Source: Tubulanus polymorphus (lineage: Eukaryota > Animalia > Nemertea). Taken from it: a stretch of DNA of 64,000 nt. Below, piece after piece: positions 25,132-38,135 of this stretch. A program made the position numbers and the translations under genes. The stretch spans positions 20,544,210 to 20,608,209 of the forward strand of contig NC_134030.1 of NCBI RefSeq assembly GCF_964204645.1. Reading direction: 5' to 3'. Each line of letters opens with the position of its first letter. Within the stretch, counting starts at the first letter, position 1. Under the pieces are notes generated by a model that had not been told where the DNA came from, made no database searches, and saw only the letters and a program-made list of their open reading frames with translations.

Positions 25132-28100
25132 TTACTGCTGAGCCATTGTATAATGAGGCTTTCTATTCAGCGCTGAAAATTTTAAATAATACAACTTTCT
25201 GCAGTTACTGAAAATCGGTATCAGATCGAAGACAGGTTTTTTAAAAGAACTCACCGCAACAGATACAGTGACATAGCTCATCCTGTGTATCGCCCGATGG
25301 AGCTTGTTTTGTGCAGACGACTGTAAGTGAAAAACAAAAGATTATTTTATTGTGCAGTAACTTCACCTTTTTCCTTTTGATAATGGGCCTTTCATAAGTG
25401 CATTGATTTTCAACTTCCCTATGTTTTTACCGGTACGTGATATTTGAATTTCGCTGATTATCAATACGCAGGGAGAAGCGTCCAATTTCCATGGAACTTA
25501 CATTCGCCAATTCTACATGGTTCTTTAACATTAGGTTTTCTTGGCACCACTGTTATTAGAAACAATACAGCATTTTATATCAGTAGTTTGTCGTTCATAG
25601 TTTTTCAGATTTAATGATGGTTTCATGTAAAACTTACAGTAGCGACAACGCCGCATTATAAACAGTACTATCAGAATCGGTAATATCAGTATTCCGATTA
25701 CAACACCGAAAACCATTCCTCCAGTCCATTCTTCTGGAATTGAAATTTAGACATATCAGCAATTGGATTAAATCATATAGAGCTGGAAATAATTCTGTTG
25801 TAAGTAATGAGCTAAGTAACAGCAATTAATTTCGAAGCCAGTAATGGCAGTATAACAACCCAGCAACAAACTCTATTGCTCAATTCCCTTTAGCAGGAAC
25901 TAATAATAATCGAATCTAAATAAGTCAGTATTTGGATACATTGTATGCGCAAGCAAAAATAGATGTTTCGTAACTTTTGGTATTTGTGACAAACATCCAT
26001 CGCGAGCTCATATTAATTCATCAAAAGGAGGAAAAGTAAAATCCGGTTCATGAATGGTTTGGGTCTTACCCGTTTCATCTGTTCTTGTAGAAATCGGACT
26101 GATTGGAACATTGGAATGATAACCAGCGACATCGATAACGCTTTCATTTTTATTGTCTGCCAGACACCGCCCTCTATAGTCAGTTGTGGTTCTATCTACA
26201 ATTGGTATCGTTATGCTCCACTGATAGTTTGATAGTTTTTGAACGACAGCTGGAGGGTCACATGTAACTTGTTGAGTCAATGGGTTACTATTAACTGTAA
26301 CAATATACACTGCATTTGTTTCATTTTCGCTGCCTCTCTTGAAATCGGGTCTAAAATCTGAAGGAGAGAACAAAAAAAAATTGAAAACATAACATGCAGG
26401 AACTTATGTCATAGTAAACAACGTTCATCCTCACAAGGACAGATTCGAGCTTGATTACATTGCCAGACAATGCACCGTTCTTCCGAGAATGGACACAAAC
26501 TTAGAGGAAATTTTCCTGATACGTTTTCCAATTATCATGATATACGATGAGTTACTATTATCTCGGGCGACGCTCCCGGAGTTTGGTAATGCAGCCCGAA
26601 GACGGTGGTTAACTCAATCTAAAGCTAAATACTGGCATAATTCTGATAGCAAACAATTACCGTGAGGAAAAGTTAAAACCAAATTTGATATCGTCGTTAA
26701 CTACAATGACAATAATCTGATCAAATTGAAAATGTTTCGCATCAGTAGTGTTTTACTAAACGGCGTTTTGAAATATGCTCCGAATTTGAACAAGTTTAAC
26801 TCATCTCGGCGTATAGTGCAGGTTAAACTGATGGCATCGTGAAAATTTCAGGGTTGATAGAAATTCAGAAAGATTTCTAAAATACGACAAATAAATCTGT
26901 TACTTACAATGAACAATGATTGGATTAAATTGTCGAGGTTTCGGATACGTTAGGTTCTCCTTTACAGCACATCGAAATGACGTTCCATTGTGCAGATTGA
27001 AATAGGCTTCAAACTGGTACGTGGTGTTGAAACCCCCCTCGACAGGTTCTCTTTGAGGTTGTGGATCAGGAATTGGCCCCCATTGTTCAGAACCTCTTCT
27101 TTTCTGTTGGTATATAACTGTAGGATCAGGTCTACCACCTTCTGTTCTACAAGTATATTGTACATCTTCTCCTTCGTTTCTTATTTCGGTGAAGTTACCA
27201 CTTGCCTGGATCACGTGAGGAAAGTCTGAATAGAAATAAGCAAACCTCTAGTACGAAACTGCATATCAACCATTGAACAGCAACTCACAATCTGATAAAT
27301 CTCAGGCACGAGCTGTACGAAAATTATGAGATTTTTCAAATAATAATTAGTTACTCCAACACTAGGTTAAAAGAATTTTAGTCGTCAGACCGCTGCAGAA
27401 TTTTCCCGAATGCGTCATCTATTGGTGATGACTAATCAGAAATATTGGAGAAATGAATTTCAAAAGTCCAGGCAGGTTAAATTCAAACATAAAATGAAAT
27501 TTAAAAATATATATGAGCTAGTAGAAAATTAGGTTTGGTAATCATGATTTTTCAGGTTGAGAAATTTGAGGGTATTTGGTCCTAGATGAACACCCCTCTT
27601 AAATGCATCAATACAATTATTCAAGCTAGCCTGTAAAGAGCATTTCAGTTGTTATCGGGTATCAAACAATTTAACTCTCCGATGGAAATTTCAAAACTTA
27701 CACGTTACGTCCATTCTATTTTGATGTTCTATTCTATGTGCTAGTTCTATATTGTTATACGTTACCAAACGACACTGAATAGCATCTGCATAGATCATAC
27801 TCAATGGTTCTATCTCAATTGTGTTGATAACTTCATTATTCACAATAGCTGAGTGAGCTTGCTTTGGACGTTTGACTAGCAAGAATTTATTTCGATTAGT
27901 TTCATCGAATCCGTTAGTGTACCATTTCACTGTCATAGCTACATTACCAATCTTACTAACGACTTTACAAGTGCAAGCTAAAGATTGGAATTGAGCCAGC
28001 TTACACGGGTCTTCAAGTATGTTTATGCCTAGAGATAGATATAGAGATGTTAATAGTCAAAACTTAGAAAATGCGATTGATCTAAAAAATTACTCGAGAA

Positions 28101-29797
28101 ACATAAAAAATAGACTATATCAAGAGCTTACTAATTCTAAAAATAGAAAGGTGACAAAATGAAACATTTATCAAAATCGGGGGATGAATACAAAATAAAC
28201 GACGATGTATATTTGTACCCTACTTGTAACCTACGAAGGTTTATTCCTAGAGATAGATATAGAGATGTTAATAGTCAAAACTTAGAAAATGCGATTGATC
28301 TAGAAAATTACTCGAGAAACTCGAGAAAAAAAAAGCTTACTAATTCTAAAAATTGAAAGGTGACAAAATGAAACATTTATCAAAATCAGGGGGGATTAAT
28401 ACAAAATAAACGACGAATCTCTAAACAGTATAGATATACATTTGCTTCTGCCGGTAATGAAGAGGCAAGATCGATAGATCCTTACATATTGCCTATTTGT
28501 AACCTACTTGTAACCTACGAAGGTTTTAAAGGCAATATGTAGGGATCTGCCTACCTTGCCTCTTCATTGCCGGCAGAAGCAAATTGACATTGGCGCGAAA
28601 AATCTTCCCTAGAGAAATGTTTCTAAATGGTTGTATTTCAAAGGCACTTCGGGGCTATGCGAACATAGTTTTCGCTGGTGTCATGATTCAATATTGAGTC
28701 ACTTTGTTTACGAAATTGGTAGCTTTTTTTGCACGATCGCAAAACACGTTTTCGGTGATGGCTGAGGTTTTTGAATAACTTTCAAGAAAAAATTATCATC
28801 ACAAAATCATTGTCAATAACCCTAGATAATCTTTTCCTACTAACAGCCATATAATTATGAGTCGGGACACTCAGGTGGTTATCCAGGCCGAAATAGAAGT
28901 TAGTTCACCTTATATATTTTAGCAACAGAATCTGGTTTCCTTCATCTGTAACCTGACGCCACATTTTTATCGATGCTGAACTGTAAGCGTTCAAACTGGG
29001 GTTATGGGCAGAATTGTCATCATTTAAGAAAAACTGTTTAACTCCATTCTGCTTGAAATGCATTTCCACGTAGAAGAAGCAGTCTAATACTCACTGATTA
29101 CATCCGATTGGTAGATTTTACTGTCTTTCGTTTCTTCTGAATTTTTGGCCAAACATTTATACTGTTTTCCAACCTCAGGTACAATTTTCCACACTGTCGA
29201 TACACCGGTAAGAGGTAATGGAGTCCAGGTCCCTCCTGCTCCACTGTTCACTTGGAGCTGGAATTCTACACCAGTCGCTGCAATGTTGCCTTGTCTACAA
29301 GTAATACTAACATTTTTACCTTCTTGTGCCAGTAATATATTTGTACCCGGTAATACATTCACACTGTCCAGGACAACCCCATCAGGTGCTGAAATATTAA
29401 AGTTAAAAGGATTTATATACAAGTGACCATAATTTCACATAGTCATAACGGCCTACTCTCTGCATTACGCGGCTATTGGATGATTTAATGTGTACGGTAC
29501 TTCTTTTATAACCATGAATATAGACACGGAACCTGCCATCGTCCAGGTTCGAATCCATGCGAGGGAGGAATGTGGCAGAGTCTTGCGATGTAATCAGCTT
29601 CAAATCTATACGCGGAGGAAATGATAGAGTTTCAAGATGCCATCAGTTGTGAGAGAGGAGGAATGATTGCTATTTCAGTGAATGTGATCTTACTTACGTG
29701 AATTAAAGTTTGTCCAGTTAAGTTGTCCAGCTACAGTGTTATAGCTCACCAACAGTAAAACTGCCCAGGCATATACAATATGACTAAAAATCATCAT
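25132..29797 (-). CDS. Type I transmembrane Ig-superfamily receptor, ~509 aa: signal peptide, 4 Ig-like domains, TM, short Cys-rich cytoplasmic tail
   Basis: Exons 29797-29698 (MMIFSHIVYAWAVLLLVSYNTVAG..), 29388-29095, 28028-27702, 27225-26908, 26357-26070, 25733-25638 (TM GMVFGVVIGILILPILIVLFIMRR), 25320-25255 (FVCTKQAPSGDTQDELCHCICC), 25172-25132 (ALNRKPHYTMAQQ*). All introns are GT-AG and phase 1, and the frame is continuous. The domain-sized exons carry Ig-type Cys/Trp motifs, e.g. VSITC..YKC and YTCRTEGGRPDP..FRC. Confidence 0.88.
28028..28415. repeat. ~218-bp direct duplication including the Ig exon-3 splice acceptor
   Basis: cctagagatagatatagagatgttaatagtcaaaac.. at 28028 and 28246. 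Confidence 0.9.
28440..28585. repeat. Inverted repeat with ~55-bp arms (hairpin/MITE)
   Basis: tttgcttctgccggtaatgaagaggcaag.. and ..cttgcctcttcattgccggcagaagcaaa. Confidence 0.85.
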
Positions 29798-30639
29798 TCC
29801 TTTTCTCTTGTTTATACCTATGGATTATATTGCAAGTACTTCACATTTACACTCAAATGAATATCTTTCAATTAGGCCACACGGACTCAAACCATACTCA
29901 ACCAGCGCGACTTATTTTTAAAGTTTTCAATATCTTTATTCGAATAAAAGTTATAAAAATAAAGCCTATTGATCACAATGTTTCCAAGTGTCTAGAAAAC
30001 AGGCTTATATTGTTTATTTATTTATTCATTATAGTGACATGTGTAATATAAATACATATGATGTGAGTCAATCACCTTAACCTGCAACCAGCCCAAAGGT
30101 GGACTTACAAGTCCCTCTATACACAACACAGTTGGTATAGGTTAGCCAACCACAGTTCTTTTTATAGAATGCAGAAATACAAAGGTACAAAAAAATAAAA
30201 CAAAAAAAAACAAATATTTTCTATTATTACCCTTCTTGCCCTCCCTCCAATTCATTTCGTTAGGCCTATGCATACATCTTTCATACGGATCAGTTATGTG
30301 TGATATTCATGCACATGGCCCGAGCCGAGCGTGACCCATTATCCTTAATATGTATAAGACATCTGAATGCATCAAAAAATGTATTTACTCATATAGATTA
30401 ACTTATGAATATTCAATCATTTCGGAGGAACCATTTTCTTGGACACACTGTATAGTGTTTGATAAGCTTGGTCGTCTGTTATTTCTACGTGAAAATCCCT
30501 TCTCTCTCGGCTATTCCTGACCGTGACACTTATGAACTAACCTGACTGAATAACGCGTTTAATCCGCGCCGATACTGGCGACTTGCGAGGTGATAAACCG
30601 GATATATCCGAAAAATTCGCCATTAGCCGCCTGATGTCA

Positions 30640-30741
30640 CTGGAAATCCAATCATGCAACGCTACATAATTAACATATCCAGCTGACCAATCACGTATCG
30701 TAAATTTTTCAGTCCGCAGAGGCCGTGACGTCACACCATCA
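30640..30741. promoter_or_regulatory. Housekeeping-type, possibly bidirectional promoter
   Basis: Two CCAAT boxes (ccaatca at ~30648 and ~30687), a perfect CRE gTGACGTCAc at ~30725 and a YY1-like ATGGCGGC at 30742. Lies ~0.9 kb upstream of the Ig gene ATG. Confidence 0.6.
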
Positions 30742-30822
30742 ATGGCGGCAAAGCGATACAGTGAAGAAAGGGAGAGATTTATTCCGAGAAATGTACGCAG
30801 TAATCCTAGTATCTCCAAATAC
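30742..30822 (+). CDS. Putative first coding exon of a plus-strand gene (MAAKRYSEERERFIPRNVRSNPSISKY|)
   Basis: ATG GCG GCA immediately follows the promoter motifs, then 27 open codons and the donor gtaagg. No downstream exon was identified in the window. Confidence 0.5.
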
Positions 30823-31038
30823 GTAAGGTTTTTAATTGATCTATTTAAATGAACATCCTACACTAGTACTAGATAGATTCATAGTTAAGCGTGAGTCGGT
30901 TCATTTATTTCTCTATAGATATAATCAATACATACGTAAGAAGACCTATTTCTACTACCCGTGATTGAAGTAATATCAACATTTATCTTTGTATGATTAT
31001 TCGTCACCTTTGTTCTAAATATTGTTTTATAATCTTAA

Positions 31039-31360
31039 CCCCTACCAGCGGAAAAGGATATCCCATATCAATTGAATTTCTTTCATCCACACCGTAGCAT
31101 CAATCACCAAAGACTGAGATAGGCACTTGGGTGAAAAACTGAAAAAAAAAAATTTCTAACCCATCCTGACCCCCCCCAACACGCCCCCCCCCCCTACAGA
31201 AAAGGCTGTTGGTATGATTTTTTACTGATTTTCACTAAATAACATCATAATCTTCGATAAAAACGCGAAAAATCGGGGTTAAAAACAATTTGAAAAAAAT
31301 CGAATTTTTCGGAAAATACCTTACGTAGGGGGCGGTGCAAGCGTGTACGCAGCGAAAGGG
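31039..31360. mobile_element. piggyBac-like non-autonomous element
   Basis: TTAA|CCC..GGG|TTAA termini; the TIR match is only partial. Confidence 0.5.
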
Positions 31361-32308
31361 TTAAATGACCGAAGAGATATTCAAAAAAAAAGATTTTTTT
31401 TGTAATTTTGACCGGATCCCGGTGAAGCTTGTACGCGGGCACGCAATGAGGAAAAACGGCTGTCCCTATAGAGCCGCGAAGTCCATATAAAAGATCCCCT
31501 TTTCGGGCGATTGACCTTGGAATCTTCTCCCCAAGACTTTTGTTTAGAATGTGGTGAAATTGTGACCATATTTCATTCCTAATTTTCAACCAGGAAAGTG
31601 CTCAGAATGCAAATAAAAGCATCTAAAATTTCAAAATTACCTGGAGGAGGGTGCGTTAGTAGTAACCCAATATTCGATGTGCGTCTCCTATTCCAAAAGC
31701 TAGATCCACCGCTGCTGCAGAAAACCCCTTATATAAAGTAGCACAACCTGTAATGATGATTATGACAAGCCAGCAGGTTACACGTATTTAGAAAAAGCTG
31801 AGTTATTTCCAAAAGTTTGAAGTTGTGTGGATGTTATTTTCATACCGCTGCAAGTAAAACGTAATCAGACTTAATTTGAATAGTAATTTTCTTTAATCGC
31901 GCTTTTCCAGTTTTGCACGCTTGCAATTAATGAGTTGAAGTCCCGGTTCGAATGCCATATTTTTCGTTACCAGTTTCAGGTTCAGTGCTCTGGAAAATAC
32001 TAACAGTGTCCAATACGGTAACGTCCTGGGGATAATAAAATGAAAATCAAATTTTGAATAAAAAATCCTATTTTTGATTCAAAAAATTCCCAGGACGCTT
32101 CCGTGCTCCAATCATCCATCCGTGTAACAACAAAATAGGTCGACAAAGTGATTAAAAACATAGATCCAACAAGAAGTCTATCGTAGGTCATAAGACGACC
32201 GTATCGCCGCTACAGAATAGATTTATTTTCTTTTTTTTCAATACCGAACAAAATGTGAATTCGTGATAATATCGTAGTGAAGATGTTCATATCGTCCCCG
32301 TTCGATTT

Positions 32309-33935
32309 CTACTGGCAGTCCTTCGAACAAATAGCTGGTTTCTGATTCCGGCATCCAATATCGTTCCACTCACCACTACCTCCATACATTTCAACGCAAC
32401 GTTCGATACTAGAACCACTCGGCTGTCTGGGGGCCCATCTCGTGTAATTCTGCAAACAGGTAATAAAACAACTTCGTGCGGGCTCTCTAAAGGGTGCATT
32501 AGATTTTGAAGGGGTACACGACGGTCGTACCCCTCCGCCTCTGTGTTCGCCAAGATGTTTTTGTGTGTTAAAGACCGGTCACAAGCACGCGTACAGGCCA
32601 GAACAAGAGGCACCCATACACGCTCTTACTTACGTAAACAGTTCATGTAGATTTCGGGACCACACCTTACAGATGACCTTACTGTTCGCTAGATGGCGAA
32701 CTAGTCGAAGGTTGCTACTCTAACTGCACTATGGCATGTAAGATAAAATCCCACTATTTACAGATTAAAAGAATTTAAAAACCAGAATAGACCTGACGAT
32801 GATCTCTAGGGTGAGATCGAAACGTCGTGTCTTTTAAATATTTTAGATTTAATAAATAAATTCTGGTTTTTAAATTCTTTTAATCTGTAAATAGTGGGAT
32901 TTTATCTTATTATCCGTTCACCACGTTTGAGTGTGGTCATCGTTCTACTAGGGCATGCTTTAGAGCTGTCTTACAGTCGTTGAAATGGCCAAACTGATAG
33001 ATTTTTGTGAAATTTTCTTTGCTTTTGGAAAAATTGCCTAAAATTCCCCACATCCCGCCAACTGAAGGGAGGGTCGATCGAAGCTTCGTTGATGTGTACA
33101 TCGATGTTATTCGAGAGAATATTTCTAGAAACGACGAACTTACCGTTGTTAAGGTAAGCGATGGGCGCTGTTTCCAAATACCGAGCCAAACAGACGGCAC
33201 GTCATCGGGTATAAGACCTAAAATGACGACATTATTGTTTAAGTTAAAAAACCATGATCGCCAATCCCCCGTATAAAACGGCATATTCCATACACACTCC
33301 GGGCTACATTATTTTCCTCCAAGCTATCGATTCTGGCTAGTTTCGAAGTCTCACAATGTTGGCGTTGCGGCAAAATTTCCGGAAAAAACTTGAAGCATTT
33401 CGTGTTTCCAGCCGGGGTCCAACCGTCATCACAAACACACGCTAAAACTATATATACATCCATACGACACAACGATTAGTATCTACAATAGGTTAACCGA
33501 AATTTCCCCTTTGATCAACTATATATTTCCTATTTTATTCTATTTCACGCAACCCTGCTTCTATTGGATTTCAGATTTTCTATTGCATAAGATACGTATC
33601 ATAGTTTGCTTTGCTTCAAATAACTTCAGTTTGTAACTTTTCTGAGCCCGAATCTTGTATCAAATCTTATAATTAGATAAGGCTTATATTGTTCTGGTCA
33701 GTTTATCCATTATCTAATATCTCTCGAGTTTTTTTTTCATTATTTCGAGTGCATTGCTCAAAATAATCGTTTTCTGCGCAAGTTTTCAAAGTTGCGACGT
33801 GACAAATGGCAGATAATATCCCAAAAACGCGGTTAAAGCTGCCTGATAGCTATATTAATAAGTGACAACTATAATGGTATATTCACCTGCCGTTGTAGAA
33901 CAGACCAGTAACAGAGTCGATATTATCAGCTTCAT
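32309..33935 (-). CDS. Secreted C-type lectin, copy 1 (A lineage), 135 aa
   Basis: Exons 33935-33887 (MKLIISTLLLVCSTTA), 33441-33298 (ACVCDDGWTPAGNTKCFKFF..), 33217-33144 (SLIPDDVPSVWLGIW..), 32449-32309 (NYTRWAPRQPSGSSIERCVEMYGGSGEWNDIGCRNQKPAICSKDCQ*). Contains WLG, QPS and WND motifs. The exon-2 donor is the weaker gtgtgt. Confidence 0.85.
32739..32946 (+). mobile_element. Penelope-like element with hammerhead core (32793-32826) and 11-bp TSD
   Basis: Same core as 24695. TSD actatggcatg/actagggcatg at 32728-32738 and 32947-32957. Empty site in lectin copy 4 (~45505). Confidence 0.8.
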
Positions 33936-35170
33936 ATTCGACGGGTCAACGTTTTTCTCTTATCTGAAACTAAAGGCATTGATATTTTTAGTAGCTTGCC
34001 TTAAGAAAAATATGTGAAAATATGGGTCTTTTAAAGTTCGGTTTTGCTCCATAAGTTTCGTTTTGCGTTTTCCTATAATCGAGGTCACTCATGTAAGAAT
34101 TATTGCATATCACCCTTATCAGCCACCATACTTATGTGCGTAGCGTACGAACTATAAATATTGATTGTGTCGAGAATCAATCAGGGAACTACGGAAAATC
34201 ATCATGGCAGCGCAATGATAATTTATACTACGGATTTGTTCATACCTCACAGCAAAATCATCCCTATAATATCAGCGTAATTAGCATTTTTTATAAAGTT
34301 ATCTTTTTCTAATTTGTTTTTGCCAAGAAAGAAATCACGAAATTCAATGAAATTTCGATTCTGTATCTAATCTTTTATTTTTCCTTTTTTCGATCGGTTG
34401 CCAGTTAATTCGAAGCTGAAAAATTCGATACCTAGGTTCTGATCTCTGCTGAGATTTTAAGTTGACCCGGCCGACCGCCCATACGTGTTATATCTTAAAC
34501 CGTGTACATTATTTTAAGAAAATATTGATCAAGTTTATTACCATAATAGACCTGGCAGTTATTGGTATGAACTTCTTGCAAATTTTATTGCAGTTTACAA
34601 AATGACCCGGCCGATTAGGAGAAACAAAGTATCATTTTTGATTGCCAAATATTACATTTCTTATTAAATCTAGATTAAAACGAATCGGATAATTGGAAAA
34701 AATGTGTGAAGCTATAATCAAAACATTTCGTTTGCGAAATCGTTTAATCGCCAGTATAACTTAACTTACCCGCCTTGTCAGTAGTTTCACGATATGATAA
34801 ATGATTATTGTTTGTATCATACGCAGGTATGAACGCGCGGTATTAACGATTTTGCATTAAAACATGTGCGCTGAAAGTATATATCGGTGAGGCTTTTTAA
34901 CGACACTTGACTCGTGGATGTGGCCATTTTCGAGAACAGTTTTGATCAATAATTGGTTGTTTTTATACAATCAGTTAGCACGGTTAAAAATGTCACATTT
35001 TCATTTTGCACATAGATGTGTAACAAACATTGCATATATGTACATATACAACGTTCAATTTTGCTCAATTCCCAATCAAAAGCGAATACCAAAACCTTCC
35101 TTAAGCAGAGCTGAAAATCATAAAAGTACTGGAAATTGAGTGAACCCTTTATTCGGGTTTGTCCAGTAAT

Positions 35171-35330
35171 TTATCGGGTCCACTTGAACTTCACATCTTT
35201 ACAGTTCAAAGCATTCAAGGGAGAAACTATTGATGCATAATTTTGAATGAATTTCCTGTAAAAATTTGTCATGCCTAGAAAACTTCGTAATTGTTTGACA
35301 TTGGATGGAACTGGAAAGCTGTTAGCCTCA
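35171..35330 (-). mobile_element. Ty3/Gypsy pol fragment (RT-RNase H connection)
   Basis: FPVPSNVKQLRSFLGMTNFYRKFIQNYASIVSPLNAL..FKWT. Confidence 0.85.
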
Positions 35331-35850
35331 AACCAGCAGATATAGGACATATTGTGCATGTACGAATATTGTACGAATGTCTTGCGTCAAGTCCAGCGCC
35401 CACCGCCAGTTTCGACTAATAGATCGTGACTTCAGACTTTTTATCTATCGTGTAGATGCGAGTATGCAAAATTGAGTTGAAGTCCCGGTTCGAATCCCAT
35501 ACTAAACGAAACTAGTTTAAGGTCCAGTGCTCTGAAAAATACTAACAGTGTCCAATACGGTTACGTCCTGGGGATAATGAAATGAAAATCAAATTTTGAA
35601 TAAAAAAATCCTATTTTTGATTAAAAAAATTCCCAGGACGCTTCCGTGCTCCAACCATCCATCCGTGTTACAACGAAATAGGTCGACAAAGTGATAGATA
35701 TTCAAAGTGTAAAAACATTGATCCAACAAGAAGTCTATTCTAGGTGATAAGACGACCGTATCGCCGCTACAGAATAGTTTTATTTTCGATACCGAACACA
35801 ATGTGAATACAAGTGCTGTGGAGATGTTCATATCGTCCTCTCGTTCATTT

Positions 35851-38135
35851 CTATTGACAGTCCTTCGAACAAATAGCTCGTTTCGGACTCTGGCATATAA
35901 CATCGTTCCATTTACCATTACCTCGATACATTTCAACACAACGTTCGACAAAAGGACGACCATACAACCATCCGTTTACACTCGGTTGTCCGGAAGCCCA
36001 ATTCCTGAAATCCTGCAAACAGGTAATGAAACTATTTCCTTATGAATCAAACAAGTATAAGTTATATAGATTAATATCTAAGGATAAAACAAGGTCGGAT
36101 CGAGGATTCTATGAAGGGGTGGACCTTGATATTGGAATGGGCATTAACTTTGAAAAGGACAGATTTGGCAGGCTGGGGTGGGTTCTGATGGGTCTCACAC
36201 AGAAGATTTGAGAAATACAATCGTTGTTCTTGGCCTTGATAGGGTCTATTTGGATTTATTTTTAGTCTGCAAAAACCTTTTCCGGGCTTTTTGAAGGGCA
36301 CATTGAACTTTGAAGTGTACCCGGTCGACCCCCTCCGCCTCTGTATACGTCAAGATGTTTTCCTTTGAGTCAAAGAGCAGTTACAAGTACGCGTACCGGC
36401 CAGCCAGAACAAAACGCACCCTTACACACAGTTCAAGTAAAAATTCGATGTAGTCACGTGGGGAGTGACGATGAAATCCTCGAAACAACCTCGAATTTAC
36501 CGTAATGAGGTCAAATGATGAGCCCCGTTTCCAAATACCAAGCCAAACAGACGGCACGTCATCGGGTATTAGACCTAAAATGACGACAGTATTGTTTAAG
36601 TTAAAACATGATCGCCACACCTACATATAAAACAGCATATTCCATCACGTACATACTCTACATTATTTTCCTCCAAGCTATCGATTCTGGCCTGTCCCGA
36701 AGACGCACAATGTTGGCTAGGCGACAAATATCTAGGTGAAAACATGAAGCACTTCGTATTTCCAGCCGGGGTCCAACCGTCATCACAAACACACGCTGTA
36801 ACTATATATACATCCATACGACACAACAATTAGCGATAACTCAAACATCATCAGCAATCCAAAATTTCCCCCTCTTAATTTATAAAACGCACTGATCAAA
36901 ACACCTCTTTCTCTGTTCGAATTCTATACTATAATCACCATCATAAAATATATTTGCTCTTAATTTGTTTAGTTTGTAACGGTTTCCTCACACATATTAC
37001 TAACTATTTCTGGTTGAGTATCAAATCTCATTACTCGTCGTTTTGGTCTCTATATTTATCTCAGAATTCTATTATGAGATTAAGTGTATCAAATCAAGTG
37101 CATCAAATCAAATGTATCAAATCAAGTGTTACAAATCAAATGTATCAAATCAATTTGATTACTATTACGGTAAAGTCGAAACGTCGAATAGAATATTTTA
37201 AATCTTGAAATAGGGATTGGCCCGTTGTTCACTTGATTCGTAGATTTGTTTGGTTTTGTTTTGATTTGGTGAAGCTTACAAACCCACCGGTCGCTCCGCC
37301 AGGAACGAAACAGGGGTTTGATTTTTGAAATCGGAATTCGAAGTACAGATATAGTTGTGTGATCGGCGGTCCAAATTAAAGAATTTTTTGTTTAAATCGA
37401 AGTACATAATTGGGAAATTCGGTCCCAGTTCATTCAAACGATCTTCTAACCAGTCTGAACCGGCAAGCGACTGATTGGGGTCAAATAGGATATCAACGTA
37501 CTCTCTTTGTTTTAAGTGTGGGGTTTTATATCCGGTTCGATAGTAGAATATTAGCGTTATTTGTGTTTCTACTAGTTTACAATCAAAACCAAACCTCAAA
37601 CCGATCAGACAATGTAAGCCTAATTCGCCCGCTTTTTCGGTGGTGAATTCGGGTTCAAACATTGAATTACAACAAAATTGAACTCAAAATGTGTCATTGT
37701 TAGTTCAGTAATCCCCAGACCAGACAACTTGATATCTCAAATTTTAGTTTAGTAGTTATCACCTAAAGTCCAGCGGTCTAAACTGTTTAATATAATTTGA
37801 CATCGAAAATAGTAGTTCAAGCGGCAGTGAAATAGAGTATATATTTCGATGATTTTGGAAAACGTCAGTAATCGAGATGTTAAAAATAGACGAAAATATT
37901 CCCAAATAGTTGTCGTAGATCTGGAACCAATCGCCCATAGTTTCCAAATCAAAAGTAAAAATGCGTAAAATTCCTTACGCTTTTTTTTCACTTTCTCTTT
38001 GCTCCATGGAATACTTTTCAGGAAGTTTTCTAACATAAATGATGGATAGTAATATCAATAAATGACAATTATATTGGTATATTTACCTGCCGTTGTAGAA
38101 CAGACCAGGAACAGAGTCGATATCATCAGCTTCAT
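35851..38135 (-). pseudogene. C-type lectin copy 2 (A lineage), frameshifted
   Basis: Exons 38135-38087, 36795-36657, 36574-36501, 36012-35851. Exon 2 is 139 nt versus 144 nt in all paralogs (5-nt GCTCA deletion before the donor), giving a premature TGA in exon 3. The other exons are intact. Confidence 0.75.

Noticed and set aside
32287-32613. ORF-track peptides such as ..SNVALKCMEVVVSGTIL.. (also 35589, 44825, 48549 and antisense versions)
   Set aside because: Wrong-frame or antisense readings of lectin exon 4; the correct frame gives the QPS/WND motifs.
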